This document shows, in pieces, positions 34,506-43,904 of a DNA stretch of 64,000 nt (the stretch's first letter is position 1; every line of letters starts with the position of its first letter). The DNA is taken from the NCBI GenBank assembly GCA_965644315.1, contig CBFFRQ010000042.1, positions 372,001 through 436,000 on the forward strand, written 5' to 3'. The notes under the pieces were generated by a model. The model was given only the letters and a program-made list of their open reading frames with translations. It ran no database searches and was not told the DNA's origin. A program made the translations under genes and the position numbers. The stretch is from Caecitellus pseudoparvulus (Eukaryota > Protista > Bigyra: Bicosoecida).

Positions 34506-35046
34506 TCGTTCCACCGATGTCCACAAGCGGTGCACTGCAATGAGGCGTGCTTGCGGGGTGTGCTTCCTGGTGCAAGCGGCCCAAAGGCGGTGCAGGGGAC
34601 ACACCTTGTAGAACAGGGTCATGGGCTCGTCAGCAGAGCGAATTTGAATCTGCATGTAGTAGGCTTTCCTATTCGAGCACGCAGGGCATGTCACTGCAAC
34701 AGATGGGAAACAGACAAGTGCAGCGCAGGGCTGAGCCTCGCAAGGCAGGGCGTGAAGGGCAGCCCCCAGGAATGCAACCCGCACCTGTCGTCTGGTCCAC
34801 GTTCTTCCAGGCGTCCTTGCCACCCAGCACATCGTCCACTTCCTTCGTCGCCAACGGCGCACTCTTGCTCACCTGCACAGGCATTCCTCCACACCTTGCA
34901 CATGCCGCCAAGTGAGGCCGCACACGCTCAGCACGCACCGTCGTTGTTACTTCCTGAATGTATGGGCAAGTCCGGCAGAAGAACTGCATGCCAGCCGTGC
35001 CATCCTCCACGTAGAGCAGGTTGGAGCAGTGTGGGCAGAAGAGCAT
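34502..35046 (-). CDS. POLR3K: RNA polymerase III subunit C11 (RPC10/POLR3K); 4 exons
   Basis: MLFCPHCSNLL..FFCRTCPY..KEVDDVLGG..AWKNVD..CPACSNRKAYYMQIQIRSADEPMTLFYKCTACGHRW. Confidence 0.95.
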
Positions 35047-35230
35047 GGTGGCCAATTTCCGCAGACATTCACTGCTGCTCTGGGTGGGGCAGCAGGAGCC
35101 CACAGCAGAGGACGCGAAGGCACAGCAAGAAAAATGTGAGATTGACCCTGGTGAGCGGGTGCGCTGAGGCAAGACGGCGTGCGGGGAAGTAGCAGGTCAG
35201 TCCAACTGCATTGCTGAAGCGCCTGGTCGC

Positions 35231-37058
35231 CTACAAGGGCTTGCCGTTCAAGAATGCCTTGAACATGTGGTGTGCGCGGGCAGGCTCTGAGGGGAGTGCA
35301 AGACAGGGGGTGGGGTGTGAGGGGGGCGGGAGCGGGTGGCGGGGGCGTGCGCAGGGACTCACGGGTGCCCGGCACAAGGTGCCCTGCGTTGCGGACGGAA
35401 GCAAAGGTGAGGCCCTTGTACTCCTGCACAAAGCCGCCCACTTGGTCGTGGACCATGTAGGGGCGCCAGGGCTCAGCGGTCTGCAGGTTCAGCGCGTCGA
35501 TCCACGTGCGCGTGCCGGTGATGGGCACGATGGCATCCACGTCGCCAGAGTACACCAGCAGCTTCAGGTTCTGGCTCATGAGGTACTCGTACACGGGCAG
35601 CATGGAGGTCAGGAGGCTGGTGCGGTCGTAGTTGATGATGTTGCTGCAGTCTGTCCACTGCGTGGGGCGGGCGTGGATGGCCGCCTGCACGTCAGCGCGG
35701 TTCAAGTACGTGTTCACGTAGCTGGAGATGCAGGGCTCGTAGCCGCTCCAGCAGCCGCCCTTGTTGTCAGCTGCGTGAGTGGCGGAGGAGTCGTCGTCGT
35801 CGGTGGGGCCGGTGACCTTCAGGCCCCCCGTGGGCACGGGGCGGCCGGCAGCCTTGAGCATGGCGGCTGCCTGTGGCTTGAGCTGCTTCGTGCCGTCAGC
35901 TGCGACGCAGACGTCAGCGTAGATGTCATAGATGTCCACGTTGTTGAAGGACTCGAAGATGGCGTTCTGGTAGTACGTGCAGGACTGGTCGAAGGTGTGC
36001 CCGGCAGCCTCAGCCGCGGCAAGGGCCGCCTCGCTCATTTGCAGGGCGGGGAGGAAGGATGCGCCGCCCTGCTTCAGCCTGCGCAGGGGGCCCACGTTGG
36101 ACATGTTGCAGGCCTTGAAGATGCCCAGGTAGTTCTCGTCGCTGATGAGGCCGTGCGTCCAGTCGTAGAAGACGGCGCCGGCGTTGTCCAGCTCCGCGAC
36201 GGTCCATGCGTTGCCCACCATGAAGCCCTGGATGTTCATGTGCACAGCCCCCGCGACGCCGGCAGCGGCCGCGGCGTTTTCCTGCGCGATCTTCTGGGTG
36301 AAGTGGGGCACGTAGTGTCCTCCATAGCTCTCCCCCGTGATCCACAGGGGGTTGCTGGCGTACTCGGGGAACTGGGAATACCAGCCTTTCATGAAGGTGT
36401 AGAAGTCAGCGGCATCCTCCTCGTCGGTGATGTCATTGTAGAACTTGGTGTCGTTGGAGTACGAGAAGCCAACGCCCACGGGGTGCTCCAGGAAAATGAC
36501 GTTGGCCTCGGTATTCCATGCCCAAGGGTTCGGCTTGAGGGTGCCGTCGGCTTGTGCGAAGAAGGGGCCCAGCTCCGTCATGAGCCCGCCTCCCACGCTG
36601 CTGCACCCAGGCCCTCCATTGGTCCACACCACAACAGGCTTGTCTTGGGGGTTGGACGTGGCCTCCACAAACCTGGGCAGTGCAGAGGCGGGGTGACGTG
36701 CGGCACGCTTGACGCCAGTGCCGGTGTGGAGCGGCGGGCTCGTTACCCAAGTCTTCCGGCAGGCAGCATGCGTACCAGTAAAACAGAGCTCGCCCTTGGG
36801 TCTCGTTCACCTGGCATACGGCGGCGTGGAACGTGCTCGTGCGTGCAGTGCAGGCTGCGGCGAACGCGCTTCGCTAGCGCGGGCCTGGTGCAGTGCACCA
36901 GGCCCGCCAGGCAAGCAGGCACCCACAGTGATGTAGCCCGAGTACTGGTCAAAGGAGCCGCCAGCCCAGCCTGGCAGATCCTTGATCAAGGCATCAGGGT
37001 TGGCTGCAAGAGCCGTGGCGGCAGCGCACGCCAGCAAGATAGCGCCAGCACACTTCAT
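35231..37058 (-). CDS. Secreted serine carboxypeptidase (peptidase S10); 4 exons
   Basis: Signal peptide, QYSGYITV, WTNGGPGCSS, GESYGGHY (catalytic Ser), YSGDVDAIVP and VRNAGHLVP (catalytic His). The last exon is QPARAHHMFKAFLNGKPL. Confidence 0.95.
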
Positions 37059-37396
37059 GGTTTCGTGGGCTGAGACACGGAGCAGGGTAACGCGGGCTCC
37101 GCTGCAGGAGATCAAATCGCAGAGAGTGCAACTCTGCGGGGGGTGGCGTCGAAGGGTTGGGTTGGGATTTGATGGGGAGCACGGACTGTCACAGACCCTG
37201 ACGAAGGAGCACCGGTGTCTGCGTCTGCCACTTGCACTCTAGCCAGCCAGTCAAAACTGTGCTGCAGCTGAGCACGTGGGAACGACTCTGTCAGTACCTA
37301 ACCTTGCTTGTGTGTGGGGGTTCCCGAATAAGTGCGGCTGCTCTCCAGCACTGCGCGGTGTAGGGCTGTGCATCTGCGTTCGGCACACCGCCCACC

Positions 37397-38245
37397 ATGA
37401 CCACGGCACACAGGCCGACGTGGAACAGCGCCATCGGCGCTGCCAGTGGGACTGGCATCAGCCAGGGAGGGTACCTGACGGGTGGTGTGTCCTTCCAGAA
37501 GTCCGTGCGGGACATCCCAGCCCAGCTGAAGCTAAAAGAGAGGTGAGGCCTGCGCCAACGCCAGACAGCGCGCGTTTGATACCTTGAGGCGCCGACACGG
37601 CCCATGCTCAGGCAAGCGGGGCAAGGCACAGCGGAGGAGCTCAGTAAGCGCGACTTGTTGGCTGAACTTGAGGCGGAAGAGCGCAAGCACTTCGAAGCTG
37701 TGCGCAAGAGTGGCAAGGGCACCGTGCCTGCGGTATTTGCTGCGGCACAGGGCGGCGGAGGCACAGCAGTGCCTGCCATCGAAGATGCGCAGGGAGCCAG
37801 CAGTGGCGCGCAAGAAACGACACACATTGCGGGTCTCTCTGCTGAGCAGGCAGCCCTGCTGGCACAGTTCAACGATGCGGACCTGCAAGTGGGGGAGGGC
37901 GAGAGTGGCCTGGACTCCTCTGACGAGGAGGAAGACAGCGACGACGAGGACGCCGCCCTGGACGCGGAGGTGAAGCGCATCGAAGCAGAGAGGCGGCAAC
38001 GGGCTGCCCAAGAGGCGGCGGAGGCTGAAGAACTGCAGCGCAAGGAGGCGGCGGCAGCGGCCATGAGCGGGAACCCTCTCCTGGCCAGCGGAGGCGGCGG
38101 CAGCGCCACTGTGCGCCGGCGGTGGGACGACGACGTCGTCTTCCGGGCCCAGGCCGCCACAGAGCCTGCCAAGCGACGCCGCTTCATCAACGACACCATC
38201 CGCAACGACTTCCACCGGGCTTTCCTGAGCAGGTACATCAAGTGA
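37397..38245 (+). CDS. CWC15: Spliceosome NTC-related protein Cwc15; 2 exons
   Basis: MTTAHRPTW..RDIPAQLKLKERQ and VRRRWDDDVVFR..FINDTIRNDFHRAFLSRYIK. Intron about 37543..37611. Confidence 0.95.
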
Positions 38246-38402
38246 AGGTGCCGGCAGCGCCGCAGGCATCGGGCATGGAGCGCGTGCACTGCACCAGGGC
38301 AAAATCAAACCCCCCTGTGCAGTGTCCGGTGCTGGCATTGACGGCCCCCTTGCCTCAGCTTTGCGGGGTCTGTGGAGGCGGCGGCGAATGCACAGCGCGC
38401 AC

Positions 38403-39913
38403 ATGGCGGTGCCTGCCGCCGACGGGCACCTGCGCCCAGACACAGCACCAGGCGCGTATGCATTCAACTGGCACAGCCGCGCCAGCTGTGCGGGGTGCTG
38501 GTCTGTGCCCAGTGGCTATGTCATGACCACAGTCAGCAAGGTATGCGGTGCCTCGCGGCGTGGCGCGATGCAGGTGACGCAGCGCAGGCACCCCCCAATT
38601 GCAGGCTCTGCTGGGCTGTGCAGCTGTGGAGTGGCTGCTCATGATCGCCCTGGCTGTCACGATCGTCATTGAAGACTTGAAGGATGGCACCGCGCAGAAC
38701 CCCTCTTTGGTCTACGCTGTGCTGTCTGTCTATGTCGTCGTGGCCCACGCGCTGTTCACGGCAGATGCCATCATCGGTGGGTGTGCGCACCAATTACCGC
38801 AACGAGCTGCCAGCTTTGCACGCCGCTGCGCCCGTCGCCTGCAGCTGAGAACAAGTTCCAGTTCTACGTCAGCCAAATTGTTGGATTCCTCATGACCATG
38901 ATGGTGTGCTTCTTCGTCTGGTTTCACCCATACACGCTGGGCCAGGAATGGTTAGGTGTTGCCTCACGCATGCTGCAGAGCAGGCGCCTCATCCATCCTC
39001 CCCCCTCATTTCTCAGGAGGCTGCACCTACGGTGGGTGATGTTTGGAACCAGGTGCATTATGCAGCTGGTCTACTTTGCTCTCGCGTGGCCCGTCTTGGA
39101 CTCCTTTGGATACGGTGCGTGGGGTGCCTAGAGCGCGCTGGCGTCCACTGCACCCTGGCACGCCTTGTGCGCGCCTTTGCAGTGCAATACAAGCTGGCTG
39201 GCGCGGATGTGCGGCTGGGGGAGCTGTACAAGGTCTTCAAGCAGTGGCTGTCCCTGCTGAAAGTCGACGCAGTGGTGTTCTTCTTCCTCTTGCTCCTGGC
39301 CAAGTTCTTCCTGCTCGAAGTGCGGAGCACGGAGTTCATCATCGGCGTGGTGTCAGTCATCTTTGGCGTGCTGTGGGCAGTCCTGGGCTGGGTGGGGGTC
39401 GTGCAGGAGCGCACATTCCTTGTCTATGTATTCATGCTGGCCAGTCTCGTCCAGCCGGCCTGGGTGGCGTACAAGCTGTACTACTTGGACGTGCATCCGG
39501 GAGCGCTGCCCGCTCAGGTGTCCTTCGCCCAGTTCGCGGTGGTGGGGGGGCTCTTCCTCATTACTCGCGGGGCGACGCTGTTCATGACTTGCCAGTGCAT
39601 GCGCAATTTCGGGCTGGGACTGCGAGAGCAAGTGTTCCTGCAAGCCGTCACACGGGAAGCACGGGAGGCCTTCATGCAGGCGTCTGCGCAGGCCCCCCAT
39701 GTGTCCCCCAGCAAAGACACGCTGCGAGCGCCCCTTATGACCCCCTCTCCGCCTCCAGTCCAAGCGAGCGCTGCTACTGTCTCCCGCCTGCAGGACTTGT
39801 ACGCTGACGACTCTGACAGTGTCGGCGTGCCCAGCGGCAGCGAAGGCGGCATCAATGCCGACCAGGCTGGGACAGCCCGCATGGATCGCATGATGCGGGA
39901 ATTCCAAACGTAA
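38403..39913 (+). CDS. Multi-pass membrane protein, UPF0658-like; about 5 exons
   Basis: About 8 hydrophobic helices after splicing. DAII.ENKFQF, FGYVQYKLAGADVRLGELYKVFKQWLSLLKVD and CMRNFGLGLR resemble remembered UPF0658 motifs (FGW..YK..GAD..Y....LLK.D; NFGKGLK). Confidence 0.6.
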
Positions 39914-39932
39914 TGCAGCGTCTGTGTCGTTT

Positions 39933-42517
39933 TCAGCTCCTCGCGGACAGCGTCGCCTTCGCCTCCAAACGCACATCTCGGGACAGCTTGCTGTCGGCGT
40001 CGCCGCCACAGCTGGGTGGCGGGGGCAGGCCTTGTATCTGTGGCTCTGCCGCCTCGGGCTGCACTGTGACTGTTGTGCTTGGCGACCCCTGCCCTGCGGC
40101 TGCGTTTGCTTGGGCGGGGGCGACCGACACCCGTCGGAACACACGCGATATGTGCAGCCGGAGGCGGGACAAGCCTTCCTCGCCTGTGCCCGCCCGTTGC
40201 AGGGCAAGCAGGTGTCGCTTTTTGTGTGCGAGGGCCCTTTCTGCATCGATGCGCATGGAGCGGTGCTGCATGGCTTTGAGGGAAACCTCCGCGCAGAAAG
40301 TCGGGGCGCTGGCCTCCAGCTCATTGTAGTCGGACCGGGAGAGGATGAGCAAGTCCACGAAGTCCACGGCCCGAAACGAGGCGCTGTACCGCGCGCCCCA
40401 AATCAGAGGCCCCTCTCCAAACATGCCACCCGGCGTGATGGACATGAATACTTCTGTGTCGTCCAGAACGGCGTCCACCTTCCCACGCAGCACAAAGTAC
40501 AGGCAGTCCCCGCTGTCCCCAGTGCGGGCGACGAACTCGCCCGGCAAGTAGGTGCACGGCTCCATGCGTGGGGCCACGGAGATGAAGACGTCCATGGGCA
40601 GGTACTGCAGGATGGGGATGCGGTCGATGAGGTCTTGGTTCAGGACGACCCCGAGCCGCTGGCGCAGCTTGGGGGGCAGGTCGTCGAAGAGGGTGGTCGA
40701 CTTGCCAGGCACCGTCCACATGTGATTGTAGTAATCCTTGATGATTTTCTGCATGAAGGCGGGCACCTTTCGGGAGCGCAGGTAGTTGGTGACCATGTCC
40801 AGCTTTTGCCGGCGCTCCGTGGAGGCGGTGTCCATCTCTTGCAGCGCGCTCGCCGCTGAGCCGATGATGACGGAGTACATCATGAGCCCAATGATAGTCA
40901 TGCTCACGGTGAAGACAATCTCCATGTTGCTTTTTGGGATGATGTCGTTCCCGATGCCTGTCGTCACCTGCACCGCCCAGAAGAGGGAGGTCCAATACTG
41001 CCGGTCGGGCGGCCACGACGCAATTTCCGGGTGCGGCACCCACTGGTCAGGGTTGTTGGGGTCGTACCAGCCAAGACGCGTCCCTGCGACCAGTTGAAAG
41101 TCTGCGGGGTCGCTGGTGCCGCAGAGGCAGTGGTTGATGAAGCAGATGCTGGTTGTGCCGGTGACGGTGTCCGCACAGGACGTCGTCCCGCCATACTCCT
41201 CGCGGGCCATGTAAAAGTACGCGGCCGCGATGAAGTGCCACAGCAGGAACATGGCCACGAACGACCTCAAGAAGCGCAGCATGGCAGGGTTCAGCTTGAT
41301 CGCGCTTTCAATCATCACCATGACCCTGGGGAACAGCTTGAGCAGGCGCAGGATGCGGAAGAGCTTGAACAGCCGCAGCATGCGGAAGAGCTTGTTGATG
41401 TCCCCAGCGCCCGCGTCACCCCCGCTTGTAAACCAGCCAATGGGAAAGGATGCCAGGAAGTCAATGGGGAACCAGGTTTTCAGGTAGTCAAGCGCGATCT
41501 GCGGGGGGCGGGCGGCGAGGAGCCGTGGCATGACACGTGAACCTCGGGGCGGGAGCACGAACGCACCTGCGTTGGATCAGACACCAGCACACCATCAAGG
41601 TGAAATGCTGTTCGAAAGGACAGCACGATGTCCACGAGGAACAGCACGTCTGCCACGTAGTCAAAGGTTTCCTCCGCTGGAGTGAGCTGGATGTCAAAGC
41701 CGATGCGATACGGGACGACGACTGCGAAGAAGACGACCAAGCACAGCATAGCGATGTCCCAGGTAATCTTCAGGGCTCCTTCGGGGTGCAAGATGCCGCA
41801 AGGGAGCTTCTCGCCCTCTTCGTCCAGCATGCGCCGTTGGTGGCCGTACTCGTACATGTTGAACATGGTCTTGATCTGGGTATCCAGGGACTTGGCCACT
41901 CCTGACCGCTTGGGCCGCAGGCGCTTCGCCTGGTCCCCTGCCATGCGCCTGACACGGTTCAGGAACATGATCCTGCGGACAGCTCGCTTGAAGCGCTCTT
42001 TTGGCGTCACGATTTCTCCCGGGTAGTGCTGCAAGCCACGACCGCGAGGGCCCCCGCCGCTGCGAGACTTCATGCGGGACGCCATGTACTCGGATTCCTG
42101 GGCAGTGCACTGGATGTGGAAGGATGGCACAATGGCAGAAGTTTCTTCGCCGCCGACCGTGCCCTTTGCATCAGAAGTGATGTGGGTTTGGGGTGAACTG
42201 CCGCGCGGGCCGGCGGCAGCCAGCACGGGGAGTGCAGCAGACAGAACAGCAGGTGGGGGATTCAGATCGGCTTGGGAAGCGACGAACAGCGCTATTCTGT
42301 CCGAGTCCTTCAGCTCATCGCGGTTCCGAATCCGCGCCCCTTCGGGAAGAAGGAAGAGCTGGGCCCCGTGCACGTCATCGTGCTGGTAGCCCAGGGCCTG
42401 CACACACTTTGCCAAGATGGTGTCGAAACGGGCCTCATCGGCAATGGTCACTATTCTGCAGCTTGTGTCGGGTACATTCAAGTACTTCCGCCCGCAAGCG
42501 TACAGCAACAAGCGCAT
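39933..42517 (-). CDS. Cyclic-nucleotide-binding-domain family cation channel (KCNH/HCN/CNG-like) with an atypical filter; 2 exons
   Basis: ILHPEG..WD..VPYRIGF, DIVLSFRTAF, YLKTWFPIDFLASFP, a long S4 (KLFRMLRLFKLFRILRLLKL), pore FWAVQVTTGIGNDIIP, C-linker and CNBD (YFVLRGKV, FGEG). Intron about 41566..41499. Confidence 0.9.
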
Positions 42518-43017
42518 GACTGCCCGGCAGAGTCACAAAGGTGGAAACGCTTCCCGCTCAAGCTCTCGGACGCGCACACACAGGCCGGGCGCGGCGATCG
42601 GAGGCAAGTTTGACGGTGAATGCCCAATTCAGTGGACCTCGCACGTTCTGAGGGGATGTTCGGTCAGGGGGTAGCTGCTGCTGGGTGCTCCCCCCCGGTG
42701 ACGTGAACGTGCTGCTGCACCTGACACAGAGCGCCGCGCTGCAGCTGGACCCAGCTGCCTGAGGAGCAGCCTGGCAGCTTCAAGCGCTGTACAGGCGACT
42801 TCAGTTGCAAATGAACAATAGTGGTCGCCACTGAATTGTTCGGCGGCCAGTCCGTGGCTACCCACACTGCCGCGTGAGCAGTGTGTGGGCGGCTCTGGAA
42901 GCAGACATGTCGGGGTGTCAAAACTAGAAGCACTGACACAGTGAGCACCGAAGCAGGCGGTCCATGCACTGGGCCTCCTTTTCTTGACACGGGCCTGGAA
43001 GTCACTACTTGAGCGTC

Positions 43018-43751
43018 ATGGTGCGACCCAAGGCGGTGGCAGCTCGGCGGGTGGCAGGCGGCAGCGAGAGGCGGCTGCCAGGCGGCCCACGCCCTGCTGG
43101 GCTCGTGGAACCCCAGCGACGCAAGCGCTACAGGCCTGGCATGAAGGCACTGAAGGAAATCAGACAGTACCAGAACTCCACCGGGCTCCTACTGCGGAAG
43201 CTGCCCTTCGCTCGGCTGGTGCGTGGAGTGGGGCTGCGTGAGGGCTGGTGTTTCACCTGCATGGCTGCAGTGAAACGCTGAAACGAAAGCAGCGCCCCAA
43301 GCCACCTGGCGCGCCCTTCCCACTCGCAGGTGAGGGAAATCACGTACAGTTTCGCCCGTGATGGCATGCGATGGCAAGCGAATGCGCTCAGAGCGCTGCA
43401 AGAGGCGTCGGAAGCTTACTTAGTGCACCTGTTTGAAGATGTGTGAGTGCCCGCGCTCGGGCAGAAAGTCCGCCTTGCGTGTCCAGCGTGCGTGTATGGG
43501 AGGCAGCAGGGCATTGACCGCACAAGTCTGCAGTTGGTGTTGTGCTGCACTGCGCCCAGGGCTGCTTGTTGGGTTGCCTGTGTCAGTGTGTCGCTCGGGG
43601 TGCAGTGCGGAAATAGGCCCCCCACCGCCCGCCTCTTGCTCGCACGCACAGGAACCTGTGCGCCATCCACGCGAAGCGAGTCACCATCATGGTGCGGGAC
43701 ATCCACTTGGCACGCCGCATTCGTGGGCTGCGCGATCCTGCCAACGGCTAG
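43018..43751 (+). CDS. CENH3: Centromeric histone H3 variant (CENH3/CENP-A); 3 exons
   Basis: Histone fold [73 protein letters not shown]3 hallmarks: non-ARTK tail, Q68A, F84W, T107V and loop 1 one residue longer. Confidence 0.85.
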
Positions 43752-43904
43752 CGACCCCGCCCACTTGCTGCTCAGCAGCACACCGGAACTTGTGGCTCTC
43801 TCTGCGAGCCTTGCAGCCGCGCCGGCCAAGCCCTGGGGGGCGCACGGCACACTGTGCTCGCCAGCTTCCGTACTGCGCCGGACACACGCTGCTTGCAAAT
43901 GCAT

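Noticed and set aside
42811-42841. SECIS-like ATGA...GA hairpin
   Set aside because: The stem is too short, it lacks the apical AA, and it lies in a divergent promoter rather than a 3' UTR.
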